DNA of 63,850 bases, filler included, from Squatina squatina (lineage: Eukaryota): assembly GCA_031763465.1 (NCBI GenBank). It is 4 parts of 4 records of this genome, joined end to end, with 100 filler letters (N's around TTAATTAATTAA, not from the genome) between each part and the next. Parts side by side here need not be neighbours in the genome. Positions count along the whole stretch, not along the records: positions 28,656 to 51,654 come from JARFOE010000222.1; 3 more parts are not named here. One strand, given 5' to 3'. The notes beneath the pieces are model-generated. The model made no database searches. It saw only the letters and a program-made list of their open reading frames with translations, and had not been told where the DNA came from. Each line of letters begins with the position of its first letter. The first letter of the stretch is position 1. Positions 35,976 through 48,366 of this stretch are shown here, one piece after another. The translations under genes were made by a program, and so were the position numbers.

Positions 35976-37344
35976 CTATGTTCTGACATTTTTCTTCATT
36001 ATTCTTGTGGAAAACCTCCTTGTGATTTCCCCATGGCAGTTCGCCTGCAGGTCAATTGACATATATGTCTGCTCTGTTGCAAGATGTGGGGTGTCACTTA
36101 AAATGTTACTTTTTAAATAAAAACTACATTGTAAATAAAATCTCTCAAGTGATAAAAGTCAATTTGTAACTTTATTTCTATGACCAGTGCGTCAGAGACA
36201 GGGCTAAAGTTCCCTCTTTAAAATCACATCACTTGTCCTCAAAGTAATGGATTATTCATCACCACATGTATGCTCAGCACTTAACATATGCACTGATCTG
36301 TGGCCAAACAATACAGGGTGCATTCTTAGCAGCTTCTATTTCTGGGGGTTTATCCAGCAAATGGGCGATCAGACTTATTGGGTGAGAACTGATCATTGAG
36401 AGGGTGAGGCCCTTTAGCCACTAGTCTGACCTGTGTGCTCTTAGCTTTGCTTCTTTGCTAATGAACTNNNNNNNNNNNNNNNNNNNNNNNNNNNNNNNNN
36501 NNNNNNNNNNNNNNNNNNNNNNNNNNNNNNNNNNNNNNNNNNNNNNNNNNNNNNNNNNNNNNNNNNNCTTATATGCAGGCTTAAGCAGATGATGCAGTGA
36601 TAACTTGGTGACATTATGCGTGCAATTTTCTGTCATTCCCACTTCATGTGCCCTCAGCCTTATAAAGCACCCATGTAAACATGTGTAAAACAAGTGCACT
36701 TGATTGCCAGTATCAGCTGATCAAGGTTGAAGTTCGGTTTAAAGGGACGATTGTAATGAGAATAGGATTGCTTGAGTAATCCTTTTGTATCTGCTTCAGT
36801 TTCAATTTATTTTATTTAAAAGTTGCTGACTCAAACTTTGACCTTATGAGGAAATGGACCAGGGTTAGCAATGTAACTAATCAGAGGCCAGAATTCCTGC
36901 CCCACCAAACTTCTATTAGTGGATAAGGACGAGAGAAAAATCCAGCCTTGAGTTTTGACTAGTTTATTGACCATGGAAGCCATTGTGAGCAAGCTTGATC
37001 TTTCCTCACCCCAATATCCATGCATGCACAAATACATTCCAAAAGTGGTGACTATGTAGATTAATCCATTTCCCTCTCCATATCCAGGAATACCATGACA
37101 ATTGTACCGCTATTGCAGTCCCAGCTGACATCACCTAACTTAGAAGAGAGCAGGGATTGAACTTGAAATCTTCTGATCTGTTTGGATCACACCGTGCTGT
37201 GCTTTTGTCTACTGAGCCATTGGGAGCTCCCTTTGCCACACACGCACATGCCAGTTATAACTAATATGTGGAGTGGCACAACTCTCTCTTGTTTTTTATT
37301 CCCTAGCTCCACCGAGCAGATATGCTGATGACATAGGGAATAAA

Positions 37345-37630
37345 AGCACCGCCCATTATAGCATTAACCCAGACTAAAAGGTCCGAGATTCAATCTCTGT
37401 TTTCTGATGAGTTGGCTTGTCTCTGCCAAGGTAGCAGTTGTGATGTTACAATTGACCAACTGTGCTGGGTTAGGGAGGAGAAAATTAGCCAGGCCTCCTA
37501 CTGCTGATCACTATCTAATGACCTCCTGTGAAATGTGTGTGTGTATAGAGACCGGGTGAGGGCAAGGTTAGTTTTCTCTATGATGCACAATGGAGCAGCC
37601 TGCAGACACTCATGAATAATGACTACTTGT
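37345..37630 (+). mobile_element. Old tRNA-derived SINE
   Basis: Degenerate B-box GATTCAATCTC and a body GGGTTAGGGAGGAGAAAATTAGCCAGG..CTGATCACTATC; a related inverted head lies near 37110-37225. Confidence 0.5.
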
Positions 37631-38007
37631 AGACTACCAGCACCTGTGGGACTGAACTACAGTAAAATCGACAGCAATTTTAAGAGATGGGAGACAACTG
37701 AGGGGAATGTCACTGGGACACTAGGTGTCTCCTTTTGGCTAGCTGAAGAGCAGCATTGGCAGAGGCTCTGGAGCAGGTTACCCATCCTCCACTTCCATTA
37801 TGGGCACAGAAGCTGGACGGAACAGCTGTACCAGGAGAAGGGAAACCGGAGAAATCGCTCTCAGAAAAAAAGTTTTGAATTTTGTTTGGCTAATTGGTTT
37901 GGTTGATGAATACCAAGTAGTGGCAGACGGATATTCACTAAAGAGGGAGAGGCCAATTTAATCATGAGAGCGTGACTTTCATGCTGTTGCTTCTTGTTTT
38001 CCTACAG

Positions 38008-38174
38008 AGCCAAACTAAGCCCAGAAAAGAATACAGCAGTAAATACAAAACCAAGCATGACCACATGATCTGCAAGTGTCTGTCATTGAGCATCACTTAT
38101 GCTGCCACAATTGGAGGCCTGATGACAATCACTGGAACCTCAACCAACCTCATCTTTGCTGAACAATTCAACAA
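38008..38174 (+). CDS. slc13a4: SLC13A4 internal exon (167 nt)
   Basis: CTACAG|SQTKPRKEYSSKYKTKHDHMICKCLSLSITYAATIGGLMTITGTSTNLIFAEQFN|GTAAGG. Confidence 0.93.
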
Positions 38175-39045
38175 GTAAGGTCATCTATTCTCAAGCAGTG
38201 GCCCTGCTGCTCAGCCTGATAGACTGGTACTACAATACACCTGGGCTAACGATAAGGATGCNNNNNNNNNNNNNNNNNNNNNNNNNNNNNNNNNNNNNNN
38301 NNNNNNNNNNNNNNNNNNNNNNNNNNNNNNNNNNNNNNNNNNNNNNNNNNNNNNNNNNNNNCTGCTGGCTGCAAGGTAAAGGCAGGCACAGCGATGAGTG
38401 CGAGTGAGTCCAGTGTGCCCTGGTGTTGCTCGAGTGTACGTCCAGTGTGCCCAATGTTGTGTGTTTTTTTTTCTCAATTTGACTACAAGGAAGTTAATTT
38501 TTATTTATCAATCTAGTGAGCTTATCTGGAGGTCTAAAACAGTCAGTTGCAGTGGTTCCTTCATAGCAATGGAAGTGATCAGGCAATAGAATGGTTATTT
38601 GGGTCACTTCACATTGTGTCATATTTATAAATCTACCTGACAGGCTTTTAAGAAGCTTTCACAGTTAGCAACTATACTAATGAAGATAACCAAACTGGAC
38701 TGCCCCGATCCTAAGTGAAGAGTAGATGGTCATGTCCTCTATGGAGGGATGGCACATCCTGTTGGCTGAACTTGGGGATTTGGAGAGATGGTCTGGAGAA
38801 AGAATAGCCTCCTCAGTTGACTTTTCATTCTGACTGAAGGAGGATGCATGGAGGAAATTGGTTTTCAGATCTGTACTGTCTAACAGCTAAAGATTGCACC
38901 ATTAACTGTATTCCATAGATATCATTTAGGTGTTTGATACCATCATATACTCTTGCTGTTTCTTGAGCCAAGGATTCTATACTACAATCTGCAGCTCCCC
39001 TCTGTGTGCAAACATCTCTTTATTGAATTTGTCTTTTCTCCCCAG

Positions 39046-39207
39046 GTGTCTGGTTTATCAGATTGGATTGGGCGTCAGATGGAACCAATGAGCAACCTCC
39101 CTCCATGGGCTGTTACATTAATTGCTTGCCTTTTGGTGTCAGTTGTCACTGAATTTGCAAGTAATCCAGCTACCATCACGGTTTTCCTGCCTATTCTCTC
39201 CACTTTG
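39046..39207 (+). CDS. slc13a4: SLC13A4 late exon (162 nt) containing the SNPAT motif
   Basis: CCCAG|VSGLSDWIGRQMEPMSNLPPWAVTLIACLLVSVVTEFASNPATITVFLPILSTL|GTAAGG. Confidence 0.95.
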
Positions 39208-39399
39208 GTAAGGAAGCCGATCCCCTACACTGATGGAAGCAGTGGCCATTTGTGCTAACACAAAACTTGCTTGCCTGTTACTGGCTCCTCTAATTACTAT
39301 TTTACTTTGTTGCGGACATAGGGACAGGAGCAGGCCATTCAACCCCTCGAGCCTGTCCCACTATTCAATTAGATTAAGGCTGATTTGCATCTTAAATCC

Positions 39400-39929
39400 A
39401 TCGCATCTGTTCTGACGATGCCACCTTCCACACCAGTGCTTCTGACATGTCTTCATTTTTGCTCAACTAACGACTCCCCTCTACCGTGGTTGACATGGCC
39501 CTCAACCGTGTCCGTTCTCTTTCCTGCACTTCTGCTCTCACCACTTCCCCTCCCTCCCAGACCATGATAGGGTTCCCTTTGTCCTCATCTTTCACCCCAC
39601 CAGCCTCCTCATTCAACAGTTCATGCTCCACCATTTCCGCCACCTCCAGCGTGATCCCACCACCAAACATATCTTGCCTCACCTCCCCTTTCAGCATTCT
39701 GAAAGGACCGCTCCCTCTGTGACACCCTGGTCCACATCTCCATCACCCCTAGCATCCCCACCCCTTCCCAGGGCACCTTCCTGTGCAAGCACAGGAAATG
39801 CAACACCCGCCCTCTTATGTCCTCCCTTCCCAAAGTCTAGGGCCCCAAACACTCTTTCCAGGTGAGACAGCGATTTGCTTGTATTTCTTTCAATTTAGTC
39901 TATTGTCTTCATTGCTCACGATGTTGTCT
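39400..39929 (+). mobile_element. Penelope-like element ORF remnant (RT C-terminus to start of GIY-YIG domain)
   Basis: HFRHLQRDPTTKHI, GTFLCKHRKCNT and GPKHSFQVRQRFACISFNLVYCLHCSRC, which is the PLE CxxC-GIY-YIG lead-in. Confidence 0.85.
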
Positions 39930-40029
39930 NNNNNNNNNNNNNNNNNNNNNNNNNNNNNNNNNNNNNNNNNNNNNNNNNNNNNNNNNNNNNNNNNNNNNNN
40001 NNNNNNNNNNNNNNNNNNNNNNNNNNNNN

Positions 40030-40200
40030 CCAACCCCGTGACCCTGATCTCACAACCCTAACTCCTGGTCTTCTCCACTCCCAGCCTCGCCCTCCCCGAC
40101 CCCGTAACCCTGATCTCAAGATCCTAACCCCTGATCTCCCCAGCTCCTGGCACCAACCTGACCATCCTGGCACTCTGACGCCTGACCTCGTGACCCTGAA
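40030..40200. repeat. C-rich degenerate short repeat (ACCCTGATCTC)
   Basis: Recurring CCCGT(G/A)ACCCTGATCTCA and CCTAAC motifs. Confidence 0.6.
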
Positions 40201-40476
40201 AAGGGACAACGAGATCATCAAGGAAAGCACGCAATGGTCAGTGTGGTCGGTGATTAAACAAGGTAACATCTTTAATGTTGTTACCAGAATGTCTGAAACC
40301 AAACTTCTTAAGAATTTCTATCAATTCAAATAAGAAACATTGCAGCACCAGTTAGGGAAATGGTGAAATAGATGGACATTAAGTTAAAATCCATGCTCAT
40401 TGCTCAACCCAAAACCAATCCCTGATTGGGAAAGAAACAGACTTTCGTTGAGCCTTGGTTGCTTTTTGAGCAGTAC

Positions 40477-40589
40477 CTGACTGTCCAGACCCAGCAAGAT
40501 AATCAAGATAAAGAACAAACAGGCCCAGAGCTGAGGGAAAGGCATCAATGCCACTGCCTTTGGATAGGCAATGAAGGCTAGACCAGGAC
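40477..40589 (-). CDS. SLC6 GAT2/GAT3/BGT1/TauT-group transporter, EL4-TM8 exon (113 nt)
   Basis: CTGCAG|[38 protein letters not shown]|GTACTG. Confidence 0.95.
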
Positions 40590-40649
40590 CTGCAGGAGAA
40601 ATATTGTTTAGTAAAGTATTTGAAAAACACAATAAAAAGTTAAATATAA

Positions 40650-41420
40650 AGGAACATAGAAACAGGAGTAGGTCATTCAACCCCTTGAGCCAGTTCCACC
40701 ATTCAATGTGACCATGCTGACCAGTATCTTAACTCCATCTGCCTGTCCTGGCTCCATATCCTTCTATATCCTATTGATCTCAGATTTAAAATTACTAATC
40801 GAGCTGGCATCTAATGCTTTTTGTGAGAGACAGTTCCAAACTTCCACCACCCTTTGCATGAAGAAGTGTTTCCTAACTTCTCTCCTGAACGGTGTGGCTC
40901 TGATTTTCAGGCGATGTCTCCTTGACCTAGACTCCCCCACCAGTGGAAGATGTTTCTCTCTATCTACCTGATCAATTCCTTTCAAATTCCTAAAAACCTC
41001 AATCAAATCATCACTTAATCTTCTATATTCCAGGGAATACAAGCCTAGTTTATGTAATCTCTCCTTATAACCTAACTCTTGGAGCCCTGGTAACACTCTG
41101 GTGAGTCTGCGCTGCACTCCTTCCAAGGCCAATATATCCTTTCTAAGGTGTGGGGCCCAGAACTGTACACAGTACTCCAGATGCGATCTAACCAGGGTTT
41201 GTATAGTTGCAGCAAAACTTCTTCCCCTTTATATTCTGGCCCTTTAGATATTTTGGATAACATTCCACTAGCCTTTGTGATTATATCTTGCAACTCACGA
41301 CTACATTTTAATGATCCATGTACAGGAACCCCTAAATCTCCACTGTTCCTAGCTTTTCACCACTTAAATAATAGATCTATCCTTTTTTATGCCCAAAATG
41401 GGTGACCTCATATTTACCTG
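40650..41420 (-). mobile_element. CR1 LINE 3' end in an SLC6 intron
   Basis: ALEGVQRRLTRVLPGL..LGLYSLEYRRL..RKHFFMQRVVEVWN. Confidence 0.93.
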
Positions 41421-41679
41421 NNNNNNNNNNNNNNNNNNNNNNNNNNNNNNNNNNNNNNNNNNNNNNNNNNNNNNNNNNNNNNNNNNNNNNNNNNNNNNNN
41501 NNNNNNNNNNNNNNNNNNNNAATTAGTGCTTATCCTTCACAAAACAGTCATCCTAATCTCATGTGCCTACCCTGTCCCAATATGCCATTATTGCTGCTTT
41601 CCTTCCATCACCTACCTAACCTATTCCCAAGTGCTGACCTGGTCTCTACTTCAATCACTAACTCCAGTGGTGCACTCCA

Positions 41680-42080
41680 CTGCCTCACAACCATCTGTGT
41701 AATAAGATTTCTCCACCCTCTGTCCTAAATCTCTTGCATCTAATTTTGTATCTACGTCCCTTCATTCTAGACTCAAACAGTCTGGAAACAGTCTATTTCT
41801 ATCTACTCTGCCCCATCCCTTCACATTTCTAGCACCTCTACCAAATCACCTCTCTGCTCTAATGAAAATAGTTCTAATTTTTCACAGCTGTCTTTGTGTT
41901 TGTATTTTCTTGCATTCCAGTGAATGTGCAGTGTACCCTCTCTAGTGTTTCAACATCCTCCCTATAGTGTGGAGCCCAAACCTGCATATGGTATTCCACT
42001 TGGGCACTTACTAAGATTTTAATTAGATTTTCCATTACAACTTGACTTGTATCTCTTGCCATAACACCCAGTATTCCACT
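41680..42080 (-). mobile_element. Older CR1 3' fragment
   Basis: QVEYHMQVWAPHYREDVETLERV. Confidence 0.8.
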
Positions 42081-42097
42081 TTTTTAAAATAACCTAC

Positions 42098-42293
42098 CTC
42101 CTCCATTTTTGTAACAGAGATAAGGGAATCTCCAAATGTTCCCCAATCCAACTATTCCTCCAACCACAGACAAGACGAATTCCAACTTGTTACTCCACTT
42201 TTCTCTCTGCTTCACCTTCTTGTCTGTTTCACGAAAGTGATCCTGGGTTGAGGCAGTCCCTCTTTGTTTTAGTTCTTTTGTGTTGCTGTTCAT
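42098..42293 (-). CDS. SLC6 GAT2/GAT3/BGT1/TauT-group transporter, first coding exon
   Basis: [41 protein letters not shown] with donor G|GTAGGT. A tandem CAGCAG acceptor lies at 42313-42308, so an upstream exon exists. Confidence 0.95.
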
Positions 42294-44231
42294 TTCATCA
42301 AATTCTTCTGCTGGGAAGATGAAGAGCAGGTTAAGATGAAATAAATGGCAAACAACATTGCAGTTGAAACATTCACACCAGCAGTTGCGTCACGGACATG
42401 TCCAATAGTCATTTTCTATGGTTCAAGGGCACTTGCAAAACACATATCAAACAAACAATCATTATTACATTGACAGGCACCAGGGAAATTAAGGTAGTTG
42501 AGTAAAGCATTCTAAAACAGTTTAAGAAGAAGTAAATAATTATAAATCAGTTAAAGAAATATTGATAATTAAAAGAAAAACCATGGACTCTGATCAGTCA
42601 ATACAAAGGCTTTACTATTTAACAGTTGAACAAGTTTTATATTTCCAGATGCTCACGAACCACTGATTCCGTGTAAATTATACTGATATAAGGGTTGAAA
42701 TTATGCATGGTAATGCTATTTTATGAATGTGCTAAAAGCACTCGTATCAAATTCCCATCTCCGCTATTTTCAGCAGAGGCATTATTAATTTGTTTTGGGT
42801 TAACACCTCTTCAAACAATGGGAGAAATTTAGTCTCAGCTGGTTCAGAATTCATCCAATCACATCACTAATAGTTATTTGTACCCTATAATCTTGTGGTA
42901 AGGGCACACTTCCCCATGTAAATAACTTTTTGCAGGTGAAATTACACTGTGTGAAAAATGTGTTAAAGCAGTGTGCTTTTTTTTGGTGTGGTAACGCATT
43001 CGCTGGAATGCATTACTTTGAATAGTTAGAAGCACATGAAAACAAACGAACAACTGCTGAACCAATCAGAATGGACCTCCAGTAATACTGCTGAGCCAGT
43101 TGCTAAGCATCAAACGAGCCACTTACCTAGCATAAAACATGCATCATTCAGAAATCTGTCTGTGGAGTTCCAAATATTGTGCAGTAATGGAGCACTGTTG
43201 TATTTAAACAGTCTTCTTTTGTTCAGTTTAGTTGTAAAGAATTCAGTCTTATGTTTGCACTCACTTATTTTTCCTACTTTAACATAAAAAACAATCTGAA
43301 GAAGTATAACTTCTTCACAGTATAACGCAGTTTACAAGCAGAGTTTCGGCAGCCGTTCTGAGTGTCGGCACGCACCCAAGAAAGGTTTCTTTCTCCCCCA
43401 AACTTAACACAAAAGCTTTTTTATCCACTGTTCTCTTTAGCAAACTGCAAGTGGCCTGACCTTATTTGGTTGGCTCCGGTCAAAAGCACCGTCCTTCAGT
43501 TGATGCACATAGGTTTACATTTCTCGTACATCATCATTCAATAGTTTACATTCGATGTACTGCCCTTCAACCGGCTTGTACCTCAACATTCTCTTGAGAA
43601 AATTGCAATGGCATGTGGTGGGATGTTTACAACGTGGCAATACTACAAATATCCTCAGGCTTTACCAACACTGGCTGTTGCTAAATGAAATCTGCATCTC
43701 TCTCTTTCTCTCAGCCTCTCTCTCTCTCTCTAATGATGGCAACCACCTTTTTTCCCCTTTTTGAATGGACGAAACATGAACACCTTCAGAAGCTGGGTTA
43801 NNNNNNNNNNNNNNNNNNNNNNNNNNNNNNNNNNNNNNNNNNNNNNNNNNNNNNNNNNNNNNNNNNNNNNNNNNNNNNNNNNNNNNNNNNNNNNNNNNNN
43901 TGGTTCCTGTTCTGTAGAAACCCACTGGGTCTTTACACGAATAACCTGGGGTCACAATTCGTGAAATTGGTGTTGTTTTTTTTAGTGTATATGAAAAATT
44001 GTTCCAATTAGGTGACTGTGTTTTTGTCACTTCAAAAAGTGATTGGTTTCCTTTGCTCTTGGAAAACAAGCTCAATTATTGTTAACATTAAACGCTGTGC
44101 CCTATGTTTTGCAGGAGTTAATGAGATTGGGCTTTAGAAATTGGTCCCAGTCATTCAATTCAGAATCTGGATTGGCGATATAAATGTTGTCATTGAGTGA
44201 TGTCAGTGTTGCAGTGTTTTGGTCTTCATAC

Positions 44232-44463
44232 CAGATGTGATGGACCAGAAAAAACCCGCAGCTCCATCAGCTTTCCTTTATCAAAGAAATAAGGGGATAA
44301 AAGCAGAGGAGCAGTTTTCCAAGTACATGCTGCCAGTGGGAATCTTGCCTGCCATTGGCATCCATCAGAAAGTCCACTATGATCCGAAGATGATGGGGAG
44401 TGCGCTAGCAGTTTCCCAATATACGCACCCAGCGAGCAAGGCTCTACACCATAAGCATGCAGT
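44232..44463 (-). CDS. Candidate unidentified exon
   Basis: Pyrimidine tract and TCAG acceptor, 232 nt open in one frame (LHAYGVEPCSLGAYIGKLL..PYFFDKGKLMELRVFSGPSHL), donor CTG|GTATGA. No homology recognised. Confidence 0.3.
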
Positions 44464-44579
44464 CTGATTAATGCAAAACAGTGAGGAGGAAGTAAGATTA
44501 GTAAATAAATGATGCCATGGATTACATACTATACAGAAGTCATATTCCTCAAGAATATTGAAAAGTAGTACAAGGGCGG

Positions 44580-45028
44580 AGGTGGAAATTTTAACCCACC
44601 CCATCCAGAGGTACGGGGCGGGAGCCTTTAAAATGAAGCATTCAGCTTTCATTCTTGCTGGCCACCATTTTAACTGCTCGCTCTAGCTATGTGTCTGGAT
44701 GCATGCAGAAGCTTCATAAATTTTTGTAAGTTGAGACCCCATTACATTAACTGGTCCCCATTGCATTTTAACTCGTGCCGAGCTGGGAAACTGTCACAGC
44801 TTTCTCATCAGGTGGAGTCAGGTCAGCAGGACAAAGGTGTCCTCCACAATAAGCTCCTCCGGGCCCCACAAGGGCGCCCCTTCCACCCGTGTTAGGACAG
44901 CAGTTGACCGGCAGCATGCCGATGGAGCCCTGAAGTTTAGCTGGGCCTCAATCTTAGGCCTGCGAGTGAGTTTGGTACTCACCATTCCCCCTGCCCTCTA
45001 AAGCCCACTGAGGGTTAAAATTGACCCC
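44580..45028. mobile_element. MITE with GG..AAATTTTAACCC / GGGTTAAAATTGACCCC terminal inverted repeats
   Basis: Inverted terminal motifs bracket a GC-richer interior. Confidence 0.7.
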
Positions 45029-45439
45029 AACAAATTAGACATGTGGGTGAAAGCTCAAAATGGGCAGTAATCACTCTGCAGCCTAAGTTAGACTTTGTCT
45101 GATTTTCTTTTCTAATCAGAAATTTGGGCATGTGCTGTCCATATTCGCATAGGTCATTTACATTGACCTGAGACCAGGCTCACCCCCATCACTACCCTTC
45201 TCCAAGAGGCTCCCTGAACACAGGGAAGGAAAATTAGCCCCTGCTGAAGGTCAGGTCAGGCCTACAGCAACGGGAATGGTTTCCCACCATTGGGGCCTTA
45301 TGGTTGTTATTCATAAACAGCAGCCATAAATTTTTCAGCATCAATCCTGTCCAAGGGAGAATAAAGCGATTTTTCTTGGATCCTGTTGCTTACTGAATGG
45401 AGAAGAACTGAGCACAGGGCCGAAGGCCCACTGCTTATG

Positions 45440-45590
45440 GGTGCCCCATGGAATAGAATAGATGGATATGCTGATGGGGTGAGATAAAGTTGAGTGGGAG
45501 GAGGTTCGTGCCGAGCATAAACACCAGCATGGATCAGTTGGACTAAATGGCCTGTTTCTGTGCTGCAAATTCTATGTAATTCTATACCTT
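45440..45590 (+). mobile_element. CR1 3' UTR fragment
   Basis: AGCATAAACACCAGCATGGATCAGTTGGACTAAATGGCCTGTTTCTGTGCTG..TTCTATGTAATTCTAT. Confidence 0.75.
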
Positions 45591-48269
45591 CTTCCTGTGC
45601 TTTACACTGGACACATCAGAGCTCTCTAGTTGAAAGGGGCAAGGAGATGAGCACGAAATATTTTCACTCAATCATGGTTCAGTGAGTTCTGAAGCACTGA
45701 AACACCATAATGCACATGTTGACATTTTCTGGGTTGAAATCACACTGTGAGATTAATAACAACACATTCATGGAAAGCTTTTTAATCTGCTACTTTATTG
45801 GGGCCTAAGATCCATAGGGTCAGGGGTTGGCCCCTTAACTTAAATGACCCAGCTGGACGGCTGTCTGTGGTGCTGGTTCAGTTGGGAGGGGTGCCGGGGT
45901 CTCACTGTTTCCATTTGCCCCCTTTATCAGAGGGTCGATAAAGTTGGACAATATTTTTCGCCACTTCTGGGTCTAAGGTGTTACCCAGGACCTCCAGGTG
46001 GGCCCTACTTTCACCAGCTAAGAGGCCCACATGCCTGGTCTCACTCAGTGTGCCAGATGCCAATGATCTGATTGGCATATGATAGGTCAGGGACACAGAA
46101 ATTCTGAGCCTGGAGGTTAGTGGTTTTGTTTGGTGTGAAAAGAGGCTTCCTGCTTTCCCCCACTCCCAATGGAAACTGAGGGGGTGTGGGGGGGAGGCCA
46201 GGATCCAGCAAAGGTGAATTCCAGCTTAATTTGTGGCCCTTCCACTGTACTGTTTGGCCTCATTTATCCCTTTAAAATAGGCATGTTCAGTTGTAATTTT
46301 GCTCAACACAATCCCAACCCTTTTGTCTCATTAACTTCGACTTTAATAATTTCACGTAGAGCTGCCCAGTCTTAAGATTCTTATATTTCTAGCTTAACCA
46401 ACCAGCGAGGTGCGCATGTCCATACACGTTCACATGGGTATGCAGGAGATCTGTGTCTGTGTCAGCACGTACACTGTGCTGGGAGTGTCCAAAACATCAT
46501 CTATAATGTTTAGATTAAGACTTTGTGGAATTTTCTAGACAAATTGTTCAGACAGCAGGTTGTACTCCTTCCTGGTAATATAAGTGGTGAATTTCAATCA
46601 GAAGCACAAATAATTAAATTGTTTTGCAACATCCTAAATTGTTTGATAAAGTACTTTATGTGGCAGCTCTCCACCTTTTGCTGCAACAGGCTGAGAAGTA
46701 AAGAGTCTTGGACTGAGTAAAGCTATTTACTGTCTCACTGATGAATAGAAAGTGACACAGACAGTTTCCATCTGACTCCTTCACAGGCCCTTGAAGCTGA
46801 TTGATTGCACACATGTGGAGACTGTAAGACATGAGCAGCAATAAGGCTGAAAGTAAAATGCTTGTCCTTATTGCTATTGCTGCAACAGACCTGTACATTA
46901 AACATACTTTCACCACAGGCATGTGGAGCCTTCAAATGCCGTTGAGGGCAAAAGCCAAACTTCTTTTTAATGTAAGAATCCATTCCTCAATATTATGCTC
47001 TTGAAGGAGAGTTCATTAATTCCCATTAGAAATGGCAGCTGCCTTCTCCATCAGCTATCTCTCCATTTTAGATGCTTGGAGGCTGGGAGGTCAGAGATAG
47101 ATCATCAGGGATAATAAAAGAAAAGGCCAAAGAAACTGCACAGGGCCAGTAGTGAGAAGTACAAGCACAGTCTGAGAAAGATTAGAGAAAAACTGCTTGA
47201 TATATTTTCTCTACAGCCAGTACGGGGAAAAGATAACAGGAAACAAAGGGAATTCATGATTGCTGCCTTTAGTGGACTAACTCTCCAAAGAAACGTGGTG
47301 TTGCTGCATTCTAACAGGTTCAGTCTGGCTGCCCTATAACTTGCTAAGTAGGGGCAGAAATTATGCTCCTGTTCACAGAATGAAAACCGGGTCAGAGGTC
47401 TTGTACCTGACTTGCAATAGCCCTAAGATTTATTGGGAGTACTAGAGGATCCCACTGCTCCATGCTACTTGTTTCATTACTACATGCATTCGACCATAGT
47501 TTGGGGACGGGTTTGCCAGCACCCTTTGAGCAGCAACCTGCTTGTGAAAAATGAGAAAAGAATAAACACGAACCACTTCATTTTAAAAGGTCATCCTTAG
47601 GCAGATTCAATGTGACTTTGTGAAAGGGACANNNNNNNNNNNNNNNNNNNNNNNNNNNNNNNNNNNNNNNNNNNNNNNNNNNNNNNNNNNNNNNNNNNNN
47701 NNNNNNNNNNNNNNNNNNNNNNNNNNNNNNNCACTGATAGGCAGGCCTGATGAAGGGGTGGGGGTGGGTCACTGCCCCAGGGTCCATCGAAGGGCCTGGG
47801 CTCCTCTTTTTTTTTGGTAATTCTTTTTTCGGTAATCGTTTTTGCACGGTAATCGTTTAAATGGGGGTCGGCAAGGTTGTTTGCCCTGGGGCCCGTGCTG
47901 GCTCTCGCCACTCCCGTCGATAAGTATTTTTACACAGATCACTGGACAAAGTGTGACAGTTTTACACACCCATAACCATGCTTTGCTGTAATTGTAGTGA
48001 AGAGAAACCCTACAGTGCATCCATGTGAGAAATTAACATGCCCTCTATTACACTTTACTGATCACATAAAAAACGTCTGGCCATTTTCATCCTATAATAT
48101 GTATTCGCACTGAGTTTAATATAAGCCAAGCCATCCTCGACTAACCCAGTTTCTCCTCCCGCCCCCACATTTTTTTCAAGGAGCCCTCTCCCTCCCTGGT
48201 ATTTTTTTCAAGGAGCCTGCTTCCTCCCTGGCATGAATTTTTTTTTAATGAGCCTGCTTCCATAACAAG

Positions 48270-48366
48270 CCGGAAGCGCATGCGCAAAACACTTCTAAGC
48301 GGCGTCCGGTTCGTTAGCAGCAGTCGTGTCCTGAAAATTTACTTCAAATTCATGTTAGAAGTGAGT
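48270..48366 (+). promoter_or_regulatory. Housekeeping-type promoter core: overlapping ETS/GABP and NRF1 sites, then a candidate first-exon donor
   Basis: CCGGAAG at 48270-48276 overlaps AGCGCATGCGCA at 48275-48286. A GC box (CCCGCCCC) lies near 48157, CpGs are locally clustered, and GAA|GTGAGT is at 48361. Confidence 0.6.
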
